Positions 23,732 to 36,534 of a DNA stretch of 42,220 bases are shown here, piece after piece. Under the pieces are notes generated by a model that was not told the origin of the DNA, did no database searches, and was given only the letters and a program-made list of their open reading frames with translations. Numbering within the stretch: position 1 is the stretch's first letter; the number at the start of each line of letters is the position of its first letter. The translations under genes and the position numbers were made by a program. The DNA is from Octopus bimaculoides (lineage: Eukaryota), in assembly GCF_001194135.2 (NCBI RefSeq), contig NC_068993.1, positions 9,238,907 to 9,281,126 of the forward strand, read 5' to 3'.

Positions 23732-23907
23732 TGCATGGCATTGCCTGTGTGGTTAAGAAGTTTTACTTTGCAACTACGTGGTTTCGGGTTCAATTCCACT
23801 CGACAGCGCAGCATATTGAGCAGATAGCTTCCACGATAACCCTCGGTCGACCAAAGCCTTGTGAGTGAATATGCTAGGAAGAAAATGTGATGAAGCTTGT
23901 CGTAAAT

Positions 23908-23946
<39 letters not shown>

Positions 23947-24170
23947 CGCGCGTCTGTGTGTTTGTTCCTACACCGCTTGACAACCGGTATTGGTTCGTTT
24001 ACGTTTCTGAAACATGGCAATTCGATTAAAGAAAAACAAAACAAAGAGAAACCCGACAGATTAAATACCAGACTTAGAAAAAGAACAAGTACTAAAAAGT
24101 CTGGGGGGGGGGGCGATTTGTTCGACTAAACCCTTCAAGGCGGTACCCCAGCATCGCCGCAATCCAATAA
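23732..24170 (+). mobile_element. Full-length SINE family A with internal (TG)n(CG)7
   Basis: Colinear with 11969-12365; many CpGs retained. Confidence 0.88.
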
Positions 24171-24474
24171 TCAAATATGAAGTTTCAAAGAATTATTTTA
24201 ATTATCGAAAGAAAGTAAGAAAATGAACTCCGGCATTAGAACCGAAACGTTATCATCAAAGATGCTATTTTATTCATTTATTTATCTTTTGTTCGGCAAA
24301 AGAAAAATGTTAGCATTATTACATAACCAAATATAAACAAAGAATAAATATATAAATAAATAAAACAAACCAAAATAGCTAAGAAAGAGTCGAAGAGTTT
24401 GACTAGCAGAGAATAAGAATGGCAGAGAAGCGAAAGATGATACAAGACAGGGGGGTGACAGCAGGGAATATTAT

Positions 24475-24555
24475 CTATCTATCTATCTGTCTATCTATAC
24501 ACACATACTAACATGAGATGTAGAGATAAAGAGACGAAAGCTAGAGAGAGAGAGA

Positions 24556-24602
<47 letters not shown>

Positions 24603-24905
24603 GGCAGACACAGCAAGGGAATTGATAGAGAAAAGGAATTAGGATAAGGTGTCAAGAGAAAAGAAAGATGATGAGAAGTAATACAAGAGTAGGAGATGAA
24701 AGTGAGAGAGAGCGAGTAGAACACAAAAAAAGAAAGAAACATGGTGAGAGCAAGTACAAGAGGCGGAGTAGATAGTGAATATATGAAGAGGAAAGAGATA
24801 TATGAGAGAGTAAAAGATAAGAGTAGGGGGGAAAGGGCGAGGGGAAACTTGACAAGTGTAGAGGCACAAGGCCACATATGTTACAGAGGTAGTAGGAGGG
24901 GGGTG
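24475..24905. repeat. Compound (CTAT)/(TA)/(GA) and purine-rich low-complexity tract
   Basis: Seen directly; source of the L/S/F-rich minus-strand ORFs. Confidence 0.85.
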
Positions 24906-25140
24906 TAGTCGATTAAATTGACACTAATATTTTGTTTGGTACTTGCTTTATCGACCAAGAAAGGCAGTCAACCGTGGCAGGATTCGAACAATCCAAAAGA
25001 GCCACTGTTATCACCGATATTTAAGATTTGTGAACACTTGATTTGAAAAACCAGTTTGATAAGTACCAACGAACGGAATCCTTGGCCCTTGAGTCGCTCT
25101 GTAACTTCTGCCGATTATTAATAAAATATAATATAATATA

Positions 25141-25177
<37 letters not shown>

Positions 25178-25579
25178 TGTTTTCAATTCTATTTTCCTGT
25201 TTGAATCAGCAAACACGTGTGTGTGTGTGTTTTATTTCGAATTATAATAAAAACAATTTTACATTAAACTGAGGAATTACTCAATACTTTTTGTAAAGAC
25301 AGTCTGATGAAGAATAAGCGAGTCAATACTTCGAAATCACTGACAACATCATTCTTGTAAAAGAATAAATGTATGTGAGTGTGTGTTATACAGGGAGGAA
25401 AAGTACGCACATCGCTCGTTTTTGGCGTAACCCTAACCCCAAACACCAAGTGTACGTATTCTTTACATTTGCCAAAATAAAATGAGTAAAATTATATAAC
25501 GATTTCCAGTAAATTTGAAAGAAGAAAAAAACTAGATCAAATACTAAATGATAAAAAAAGACACATGGGATTTGTTTGT

Positions 25580-25945
25580 TTGTATCATTCATACTGCACA
25601 CGTAACGTCGCATGCACCTGCGTGCATACGTATTAGCAGAAATAATCCACGTGTTTACACATACACACGCATATATATATACATATATATATACATACAT
25701 ACGTGCGCACATGCACAAGAGAATTTGAGCGTGTGTATGTATATACGCATAAATCATTCTCGTACAAACACGTGCACATAACCATACACATCCATTGATA
25801 ATGCACATACACATGTAGCATCTATAAACAACATGGCCACATGTACATATGCATGGTTATATATAAACCATGACTGCATGCATATCACTGTACATGTATG
25901 GCTAATGTACGCGTCCTTGCACGTGCATATGTAGCTCCTTGTCTA

Positions 25946-25985
<40 letters not shown>

Positions 25986-26100
25986 CATGCATGCATGCAT
26001 GCACACAGAGGAACACATGGATGCATGTATATCATCCGGTATAGTTGCATGTACATATTTGTATAAACATAAATTCCAACATTTATAAATATACATACAC
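25580..26100. repeat. Degenerate alternating purine-pyrimidine (TA/CA/TGCA/CG) tract
   Basis: Seen directly, e.g. catgcatgcatgcatgcacac and acacgcatatatatat. Confidence 0.8.
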
Positions 26101-26299
26101 GCGGGCGTAAAGGCATTGGACTAGAAACCTCTCGTTATTGTAAAGAGAAACCTAAAACGATGGAACAGCGATGTATTTTGCTGAGGGGGAAAGCGACGAA
26201 ACTGAAAGTGGTCTCAAACAAGAGAGACAGGACAATCGGGGTGAGAGGGAAATNNNNNNNNNNNNNNNNNNNNNNNNNNNNNNNNNNNNNNNNNNNNNN

Positions 26300-26330
<31 letters not shown>

Positions 26331-26599
26331 ATATGCATGTATGTGTGTGTGTGAGAGAGACCTTAGCATCATCATGCCACATTGTCTACTGCACACACGT
26401 TATCATGTAACAGGTAACATTCATGCCTACACCTGTATGGTATGGTATGGCATGTATGTATGTATGTATGTGTGCATGCATGTATGCATGCATGTGTGTT
26501 TAGAGGAAGAACAGCAGAAAAGAACTCAATACATAAAAGTATGTGCATTTTTGAAGTTACATAAGAGACTACAATGGTACGATATATATATATATATAT

Positions 26600-26715
<116 letters not shown>

Positions 26716-26945
26716 GGCGGCGAGCTGGCAGAGTGGTTAGCACGCCGGGCGAAATGCATAGCAGTTTTTCGTCTGCAGTTACGTTCTGAGTTCAAATTCC
26801 GCCGAGGTCGGCTTTATTTTTCATTCTTTCGGGGTCGGTTAAATAAGTACCAGTTACGCTCTGGAGTCGATGTAATCGACTTAATCCCTTTGTCTGTCCT
26901 TGTTTGTCCCCGCTATGTTTAGCCCTCTGTGAGCAATAAATAAAT
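26716..26945 (+). mobile_element. Young SINE family B (Deu/Nin-like body)
   Basis: gagctggcagagtggttagcacgccgggcgaaatgc..gagttcaaattccgccgaggtcg..tttcggggtcggttaaataagtaccag..gcaataaataaata. The gcctttcatcct..ggtcgataaa..agtaccag word seen in sister copies resembles the Deu/Nin SINE domain (from memory). Confidence 0.9.
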
Positions 26946-29888
26946 ATATATATATGTATTTCGCTTTTGCATTTGGTAAAGAAGTAAATGAGTGGAAACT
27001 GAACCGGTGAGTGTGTTAAATAATAAGGCACAAAAAAAGAATGACTCTCCCCAGACAGACATGCACACACAAGTAAGTAAACTAACAGAAAGTAGGATTT
27101 AACACTCGTTTTATACAAAGTAAGCATAAAATAGACACGCAGTGGGCCGGTGAGATCTATTATAATGGATCGACAATTAAACTCTTTACAAAAAATTCAG
27201 TAGGAAGCCGTGAACAGCTTTTAGTGGCATGTGTGTTCAGCAGCGTTTTGATTCTTGATTGAAGCTCGGGAATTTCACTTCCACGGTTATCATTTTTGAG
27301 AGATGAATGTCACCCACCCCCATGCCCTATTTTTGTTTCTTTCTCTGTGTACAGATAATTATATAAGGCCACAAACGAGCATGTTATGGTAGCATGTAAG
27401 TACCATGCTTTCGCTAACAGAGTTAGTTACCCATGAGGACTGTGAGCAGATGTAGGTACCCTCACGGGCCGCTGGCAGAACATTGACGATGTGACAGCTG
27501 AAGGGACACAGAAAAGGAGAGAGAGGGGGGAGGGTGCACCAGCACTCGATTCGTACGAATTTTCAGTTGAGTTGAGTAGAACAATGTAGTGCCTTGTTCG
27601 CGCATATAATGCACCGCCTCGTTCAGGAACGGAGCCTACGATCTTATGATTGAGAGCGCAACACCCTAAGCACATATCTGCCATCTACTTATATGTTGCT
27701 ATGTATAGTGTGTGTGTGTAGACATGTGGTGGGCCTGGGTCGGTAAAAACCAACAGATTTTAAAAAAGAAAGAAAGGAATTGCCGTGTGAAGAGGAAATA
27801 CCCCAAAATTTCCTGCAGAGCCCTTTACACTCAGCTGAATGAAGATGAAGGGCTCCGAGGATATTTCCGTTTCTCACACACAGCAAGCTATGAAATGAAC
27901 ACACCTCTTCTATTCAGAAAAAAAAAAAACTTTTCGTGGTGGGGGTTTCGGTGTATATTTTTCTATGCGTACACACATTTTTGTGTTTACTGAGAAGGAT
28001 AATTTCTAGCGAAGGTGTGAAGCGGATTGTATANNNNNNNNNNNNNNNNNNNNNNNNNNNNNNNNNNNNNNNNNNNNNNNNNNNNNNNNNNNNNNNNNNN
28101 NNNNNNNNNNNNNNNNNNNNNNNNNNNNNNNNNNNNNNNNNNNNNNNNNNNNNNNNNNNNNNNNNNNNNNNNNNNNNNNNNNNNNNNNNNNNNNNNNNNN
28201 NNNNNNNNNNNNNNNNNNNNNNNNNNNNNNNNNNNNNNNNNNNNNNNNNNNNNNNNNNNNNNNNNNNNNNNNNNNNNNNNNNNNNNNNNNNNNNNNNNNN
28301 NNNNNNNNNNNNNNNNNNNNNNNNNNNNNNNNNNNNNNNNNNNNNNNNNNNNNNNNNNNNNNNNNNNNNNNNNNNNNNNNNNNNNNNNNNNNNNNNNNNN
28401 NNNNNNNNNNNNNNNNNNNNNNNNNNNNNNNNNNNNNNNNNNNNNNNNNNNNNNNNNNNNNNNNNNNNNNNNNNNNNNNNNNNNNNNNNNNNNNNNNNNN
28501 ACATACCCATTTAAAAAAACAAAAAACTTACGAGCAAAATTTCGTGGGGAGGGCATATTTGTGGGTCAAAATAACGATCCTTACCCGGGGTGCATCAGCA
28601 TGGCCGCAGCTCTAAGCTGAAACTTTAAAAAAAAAATATGCCTATGTATGTATGTATGTATGTATGTATATATGTATGTACGTATGTATGTATATATGTA
28701 TGTATGTATGTATATGCACACACAAGCAGCGTAGAAAACTTCAACGTAAAACATTATACCGGGGGGAGATCAGTGGGGGTGGGTTGAGATGAATCTGTAA
28801 AGTTCGTATCTTTTCTAAGAACTTTAGCGGGTGAGTGTGTGAAGTGAAGCGAGTTTGCAATTGAGAATCGAAACCGGGTCTTATCTGAAGCAGATACACG
28901 CTTAATCAATATATCTGGCATATATACAGAGAACTAAGTCAACTGCGAGCCGACGAAGTAACCTCCAAGCGAACGTTCGATCTGTTAGAAATAGCAGCCA
29001 AATCTCTCTATCGTTATTTTTAAATAAGATGCGTTAGGCAAATGTGGTCCGGAGTCCCGTACATGTAGGAAAAAATATGAGAAGGCCTGCTTAGTTAGGG
29101 GCTCTAATTCAGCCTAGATCTAAACAACAGCTACCCTGAAATATCAACAATTGTCAATAAATAAATGCAAAGTGAAGCAATAATTACTTACAATATAGAT
29201 TACAGCAGTGCAAGATAGCGGTAGTCCAAGATGAAGTGTAATGAGGGGGGGGGGGNNNNNNNNNNNNNNNNNNNNNNNNNNNNNNNNNNNNNNNNNNNNN
29301 NNNNNNNNNNNNNNNNNNNNNNNNNNNNNNNNNNNNNNNNNNNNNNNNNNNNNNNNNNNNNNNNNNNNNNNNNNNNNNNNNNNNNNNNNNNNNNNNNNNN
29401 NNNNNNNNNNNNNNNNNNNNNNNNNNNNNNNNNNNNNNNNNNNNNNNNNNNNNNNNNNNNNNNNNNNNNNNNNNNNNNNNNNNNNNNNNNNNNNNNNNNN
29501 NNNNNNNNNNNNNNNNNNNNNNNNNNNNNNNNNNNNNNNNNNNNNNNNNNNNNNNNNNNNNNNNNNNNNNNNNNNNNNNNNNNNNNNNNNNNNNNNNNNN
29601 NNNNNNNNNNNNNNNNNNNNNNNNNNNNNNNNNNNNNNNNNNNNNNNNNNNNNNNNNNNNNNNNNNNNNNNNNNNNNNNNNNNNNNNNNNNNNNNNNNNN
29701 NNNNNNNNNNNNNNNNNNNNNNNNNNNNNNNNNNNNNNNNNNNNNNNNNNNNNNNNNNNNNNNNNNNNNNNNNNNNNNNNNNNNNNNNNNNNNNNNNNNN
29801 NNNNNNNNNNNNNNNNNNNNNNNNNNNNNNNNNNNNNNNNNNNNNNNNNNNNNNNNNNNNNNNNNNNNNNNNNNNNNNNNNNNNNNNN

Positions 29889-29929
<41 letters not shown>

Positions 29930-30129
29930 GTGTGTGAATGCGTGTCAGTTTGTATATGTGCATGTTTATGTATGTATGTATGTATGTGTGTGTGTTGAAA
30001 CCGATTGGCAGGTAGGTAAATGAAATAGATAAGTAAATGTATCGAATGCGCATAGAACATTATTTCACCCACATATATCAAACATGTGTGTGTATGAGAA
30101 GACAACATAACAATAATAATAATAATAAC

Positions 30130-30349
30130 AGTAATGGTTTCAAATTATGCCACAAGGGCAGCCATTTTGGGGGCCTGGATATGTCGATTACGTTGACCCC
30201 AGTGTTCAACTGGTACTCGTTTAATCGACCCTGAAAGGCTGAAAGGCAAAGTCGACCTCGACGGAATTTGAACTCAGAGCGCAGCGACGGGCGAAATACC
30301 GCTAAGCATTTCGTCCAGCGCGCTGACGGTTCTGCCAGTTCCCCCACCT
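30130..30349 (-). mobile_element. SINE family B between (AAT)n tracts
   Basis: ggctgaaaggcaaagtcgacctcgacggaatttgaactcagagc..ctgccagttcc. Confidence 0.9.
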
Positions 30350-30381
30350 TAATAATAATAATAATAACAACAATAATGATG

Positions 30382-30414
<33 letters not shown>

Positions 30415-32149
30415 GTAACAGCAACGAGTAAAAATAGATGAATTTAAAAAATCAAACATACATGTAATCGATGGCTTTTCTGATCATCGGTTGTGAAGGT
30501 AGCTCGAGATGACAAGACACAAGATGTGTATTTTAAAAACAAAATATCCTTTTGCAGTGACTCGGGTAACGGNNNNNNNNNNNNNNNNNNNNNNNNNNNN
30601 NNNNNNNNNNNNNNNNNNNNNNNNNNNNNNNNNNNNNNNNNNNNNNNNNNNNNNNNNNNNNNNNNNNNNNNNNNNNNNNNNNNNNNNNNNNNNNNNNNNN
30701 NNNNNNNNNNNNNNNNNNNNNNNNNNNNNNNNNNNNNNNNNNNNNNNNNNNNNNNNNNNNNNNNNNNNNNNNNNNNNNNNNNNNNNNNNNNNNNNNNNNN
30801 NNNNNNNNNNNNNNNNNNNNNNNNNNNNNNNNNNNNNNNNNNNNNNNNNNNNNNNNNNNNNNNNNNNNNNNNNNNNNNNNNNNNNNNNNNNNNNNNNNNN
30901 NNNNNNNNNNNNNNNNNNNNNNNNNNNNNNNNNNNNNNNNNNNNNNNNNNNNNNNNNNNNNNNNNNNNNNNNNNNNNNNNNNNNNNNNNNNNNNNNNNNN
31001 NNNNNNNNNNNNNNNNNNNNNNNNNNNNNNNNNNNNNNNNNNNNNNNNNNNNNNNNNNNNNNNNNNNNNNNNNNNNNNNNNNNNNNNNNNNNNNNNNNNN
31101 NNNNNNNNNNNNNNNNNNNNNNNNNNNNNNNNNNNNNNNNNNNNNNNNNNNNNNNNNNNNNNNNNNNNNNNNNNNNNNNNNNNNNNNNNNNNNNNNNNNN
31201 NNNNNNNNNNNNNNNNNNNNNNNNNNNNNNNNNNNNNNNNNNNNNNNNNNNNNNNNNNNNNNNNNNNNNNNNNNNNNNNNNNNNNNNNNNNNNNNNNNNN
31301 NNACACACATATTCTACAACGCACGCAAAAGTAAACATATAAAGACACATACACATAACGCATATATAGACACACACACACACACATACACACAGTGACA
31401 TACAAATATACACACACACAAACACGTATATTTGCACCTAACCGTTACATCTTCATACTTAGAAACATTACATCATAAATACACGCAAATAGATAAACAC
31501 ACGCATATACAAACAAAACACACGTGTAGAGAGAAAAAGCATAACTCTACGTGTGTGTGTGTGTGTGTATGTACACACAGAGATATATATATGCATATAT
31601 ATGTATGTATGTACGTATGTATGTATAAAACATGAGTGTACGTACAGAACCTTCTAAGCATTTTTATAGGTTCCTGGGCTGATCAGTGCATTAGGGGTCT
31701 TATAGTATTTATTTATTGATAAATGGCACACAACACACATAAACTGCAAACGGGGTCACTGGACAAGTCATCTCGCCTCCCACCTCCCACTTCGGACAAC
31801 TGCCCACTGTGTCCATGCATTAAGATAAGCAATACATAGCGTTTTTCGGATATATATAGACACAGAGATATAAAGTCAACGTACGAGTGTGTATTTTTAG
31901 TAAGAACGTTTAATTTTAAAAACCTAGTTGTTTAAAAAAGTAGTTGCCGTGTGGGTAAGCCACCCGACCGATTTTCGGGGTTTTTTTCCCCCTTTTTTCC
32001 GCGATCAAAAATTGAAAAATTGATCTGACAAGTTTCAGGGCTTTGTTTGTTTGTTTGTTTATTTGTTTTTAATTACTTTGTTGTAATTTGGACTTGATCA
32101 GAAATCGGTTGATCAATTTTTCTAACCATACAGAAAAATTAGTTAACTT

Positions 32150-32835
32150 AGGGCGCGGGCGTGGCTGTGTGGTAAGAAAGTTTGATTCCCAACCATGTAG
32201 TCTCGGGTTCAAGTTCCACTGTATGGCACAATGGGCAAGTGTCTTCTATTATAGTTCTGGGTTGACCAAAGCCTTGTCAGTGAATTTAGTAGACGGAAAC
32301 TGCTTGGAAGCGCGTCGTATCTATCTATATCTGTATTAAGCGTGGCTGCGTGGTAAGAAGTTCGCTTCCCAACCACATGGTTCCGGGCTCAATCCCATGG
32401 TGTGGTACCTTGAACCGACCAAAGCCTTGAGTGGATTTGGGAGACGGAAACTGAAAGAAACCTGTTGTGTGTGTGTGTGTGTGAGAGTACATAACGTACA
32501 ATAAAGAGATGCCCCAATGCATAAAGAACATTTATGCATTGGTGCATAAATGTTCTTCGTTTGTTAACAAGGCTACCATTCGTTTCATGCGGAGAGAAAT
32601 CTTTCAACAATTATGTGTGTGTACGTGTGTATCTCCAACTAATGTTAGACAGTGATTTCTTTACGTCGTCGTAACTTAGCTGCTCGGCTAAAGAACCGAT
32701 AAAATAAGTACCAGGCTAAAAAGAAAAAGAGAGAACTAAGTAATATGGTCGACTCGTTCGACAAAAAAGAAGAAAAAAAACCTTAAAGGCGGTGCTTTAG
32801 CATGGCCGCAGTCCAATGACTAAACGAGTGAAAAA
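32150..32835 (+). mobile_element. Two tandem SINE family A heads plus a 3' part
   Basis: Heads at 32150-32335 and 32338-32480; tail gcggtgctttagcatggccgcagtccaatgac at about 32790-32820. Confidence 0.85.
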
Positions 32836-32857
32836 AAAATATATAAGCAATACTGTA

Positions 32858-33166
32858 CACAACCTCGGACAGATCTAAATAAATCGGTTCTGCCCTAATT
32901 TGCATAACATTGTAAACGTTGGCAACGTGTATTATTAATTAGTCAATTAACTGAAATAAATGGTAGGTGGATTTTCAGGTGTGTAGGCTTTTTTTGGTAA
33001 ACAAAACACATTTTTAGCCCTGCTATGAAAAGGTATTCTGGTCAAACTACACGGCTTTTTTTTTTTTTTTGGTCTTCTTTTGCCCTCTCTGGATATAGGA
33101 GATTGACCTGGCGAATTTCGGTTATGCAAATTAGAACAGACGAATTCAGTTTTATCCGAGTTTATG
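32858..33166. mobile_element. TA-flanked MITE with degenerate TIRs of about 50 bp
   Basis: Left cacaacctcggacaga..tctgccctaatttgcataac; right reverse complement cataaactcggataaa..tctgttctaatttgcataac. TA at 32856-32857 and 33167-33168. Confidence 0.65.
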
Positions 33167-33232
33167 TATACTATAATTAGCTAAATATTTATATTTGTTC
33201 TGCAGATGAGTAACCATCCTCTGGTGAAATGG

Positions 33233-33281
<49 letters not shown>

Positions 33282-33876
33282 TCCCATTTCTCGTTTCTTG
33301 TTCCTGATCATGAACAAATAACATGTGGTTTTACTACATGTTGCGGTTTTTTTACGATGAAGCTAAAAATACATTAAAGTCGCACAACGTATAATTCCAC
33401 TTGACATACACGCATCTGTACAGGGAGAAAGCTTAGCCGCCAGTCGCAAGCAAGTTATGAATGACTTGGTGGATTGTACGATCCTTTTGCTAATTATATT
33501 AGTGGCCTGTGTAGTCGCAGTGTGATACATACACCTGCTCTCGACCCTCTTGCCTTTGATGCAGCGGCACGTCGAGAATGTGAAAGTTGGAGAGAGAGAG
33601 GAGGAGGAGCTGCACCAGCGCTAGGGTGGTACTTAATTTCAGCAACGTAAACTGCACGTTAAAGTGTAAATGGCCAGGTAGTCCGCACATTAAAGTGGCA
33701 CCTATTCATGTTTGTTTTTATCGTGTTAAATATGAAAACCAATTAACATTAAACTGAATTACTAGGTACTTTGTAGTGGAGTACATAATTTGTAAACTTT
33801 TGCAAGATGGGTAACAGTAAGTTTGAAGTTTCATCTTACTAGCCGTCGACACCTGTGTGTGTGTGTGTGTGTGAAC

Positions 33877-34135
33877 GCGCGTGGCCCAGCGGGTAAGGTG
33901 TTGGGCTTACGGTCGCAACGTCGTAGGTTCGATTACTGGTCCGGGTAGCAAGTTGTGTTCGAGGAAAACATTTCGTTTTACATTGTTCCAGTTTACTCAA
34001 CCGTAAACGGGTACACCCTGTAGCAGACTGGCGTTTCGTTTAAGGGGACCATTGGTACATCCGCCTAACCAGCGGGGCGACATCATTAGAAGGCTAAAAC
34101 GATGCAAGGAAGGACATTGGGACCAGCAGTTTGTG
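33877..34135 (+). mobile_element. SINE family E, CpG-retaining
   Basis: gcgcgtggcccagcgggtaagg..ggttcgattactgg..cattgttccagtttactcaac; homologous to 1043-1262. Confidence 0.7.
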
Positions 34136-34140
34136 ACAAC

Positions 34141-34430
34141 AAAATTCAGAAAATGGAGATGTAGCATTAATATAATTTATTAACTGCAAAAATTGATATT
34201 CTCTTAGAGCTGTTTCGATTTTACCCAAAACAATCTGTTCAGATGATTTGGAAACATCTAATAACCTAACGGTATGCCTTTTCTACTCCTCTGATGAAAT
34301 TTTGCCGAATACAAAGATTTAATTACGGAATTTAATTTTTCGGGCAAAATCGAAACAGCTGTAAGAGAATATGTTAAATTTTTGCAGTTAATAAATTATA
34401 CCAATGCTACATCTCCATTTGCTGAATTTT
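34141..34430. mobile_element. MITE/fold-back with inverted arms of about 90 bp
   Basis: 34141-34230 is the reverse complement of about 34337-34430 with a few substitutions and one small indel. Confidence 0.9.
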
Positions 34431-35366
34431 AATTTGAATATTTATAAACCAAGATTTATACTTAAATCTANNNNNNNNNNNNNNNNNNNNNNNNNNNNNN
34501 NNNNNNNNNNNNNNNNNNNNNNNNNNNNNNNNNNNNNNNNNNNNNNNNNNNNNNNNNNNNNNNNNNNNNNNNNNNNNNNNNNNNNNNNNNNNNNNNNNNN
34601 NNNNNNNNNNNNNNNNNNNNNNNNNNNNNNNNNNNNNNNNNNNNNNNNNNNNNNNNNNNNNNNNNNNNNNNNNNNNNNNNNNNNNNNNNNNNNNNNNNNN
34701 NNNNNNNNNNNNNNNNNNNNNNNNNNNNNNNNNNNNNNNNNNNNNNNNNNNNNNNNNNNNNNNNNNNNNNNNNNNNNNNNNNNNNNNNNNNNNNNNNNNN
34801 NNNNNNNNNNNNNNNNNNNNNNNNNNNNNNNNNNNNNNNNNNNNNNNNNNNNNNNNNNNNNNNNNNNNNNNNNNNNNNNNNNNNNNNNNNNNNNNNNNNN
34901 NNNNNNNNNNNNNNNNNNNNNNNNNNNNNNNNNNNNNNNNNNNNNNNNNNNNNNNNNNNNNNNNNNNNNNNNNNNNNNNNNNNNNNNNNNNNNNNNNNNN
35001 NNNNNNNNNNNNNNNNNNNNNNNNNNNNNNNNNNNNNNNNNNNNNNNNNNNNNNNNNNNNNNNNNNNNNNNNNNNNNNNNNNNNNNNNNNNNNNNNNNNN
35101 NNNNNNNNNNNNNNNNNNNNNNNNNNNNNNNNNNNNNNNNNNNNNNNNNNNNNNNNNNNNNNNNNNNNNNNNNNNNNNNNNNNNNNNNNNNNNNNNNNNN
35201 NNNNNNNNNNNNNNNNNNNNNNNNNNNNNNNNNNNNNNNNNNNNNNNNNNNNNNNNNNNNNNNNNNNNNNNNNNNNNNNNNNNNNNNNNNNNNNNNNNNN
35301 NNNNNNNNNNNNNNNNNNNNNNNNNNNNNNNNNNNNNNNNNNNNNNNNNNNNNNNNNNNNNNNNNN

Positions 35367-35620
35367 CTACGGGCCGAGGAAAACTGAAAGAAACCCGCCG
35401 GGTATGTGTGTGTATGTGTGTGTGTGTGTGTGTGTGCTTGTCCTATACCACCACTTGACAACCGGTGTTGATGTGTTTACTTTCGTAGTTCAGCAAAGGA
35501 GGTGATAGAATAAGTACGAGGCTTAAAAAAAAAAAAAATAAGTACTGCGGTCGATTCGTGCGGCTAAAATTCTCCAAAGCTGTGCTCTAGCATGGCCGCA
35601 GTTTAATGACAAACAAATAA
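35367..35620 (+). mobile_element. 3' half of SINE family A emerging from an N gap
   Basis: ggaaaactgaaagaaacccgcc..(TG)n..ctagcatggccgcagtttaatgac. Confidence 0.8.
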
Positions 35621-36534
35621 AAGAATATAGTAAATTTTTGTAAATGGGAGGAGGAGGGGTTAGTATATTAGTCAGGCTTCAGAACTGTTGCTGCTCTCTA
35701 GGGGTACATCAACAATGGAAAGTAGAACGGATAAGTGGTATCAACCGGGTATCGAAATAATGGTTTTAGCTTACTGAAAGTTTTAGTATCTTCTAACACA
35801 CACACACACACACAGGACGTTGGTCAGGAGAAAAGAGGCAGTTTTCGTGACCTCTGCATGTCCTCTCGGTGTCCATGACCTTAGCAGAATCTCACAATGT
35901 GAAACTAACGTTCTGCCCGAATGCTTCTAGGTCAGTGTGTGCGCGTGCGAGAATTGGATAGAGAGAGAGAGAGAGAGAAAGAGGGAGAAAGAGAGAGAAT
36001 GAGAAAGAGAGGAGGAAGGAAAGAGTGCCAAGTTCGAAGTCACTATCAACCATTTGTCGTATAAATTATTATACATTTTATTTCCAAGTATGGAGTAATC
36101 CTTCACTACACTGTTCCTTTTGTCACCTGCGTGAATACACAGGTACACATGTATACACACACGGCAGACTTTCAGTTTCCGTCCACCACATTTACTCACA
36201 AGGCTTTGGTCAGCTCGGGACTGTAGTAGAGAACATCCGGCCCAAAGTGCCACGCAGTGGGACCGAACCCAGAACCACGTGGTTAGAAACTGGAAACAAA
36301 AACCACATCTTAACAAATATATACGTAATATCAACACACAGTACTTAGCTCTGTCTTCTCTTTACATCAATTGTGCCCAAGTTTTTCATTAGCAAGAAAT
36401 CCAATTTTTAAAATAAAGTTTCCCTCTGAGTTTTTAAGGGGTCTGTCTACAAAACAAACCCATTTTATAAACCAACAACACGCCCGTTTTTAGTTTCATG
36501 CCTTAGTTAAAAGATACATATTATAAATAACTCA

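Noticed and set aside
25307-25360. CTGATGA...CGAAA hammerhead-like spacing on the + strand
   Set aside because: Stems I-III give only 2-3 pairs each, consistent with chance.
25428-25441. taaccctaacccc, telomere-like
   Set aside because: Only two units, so not an array.
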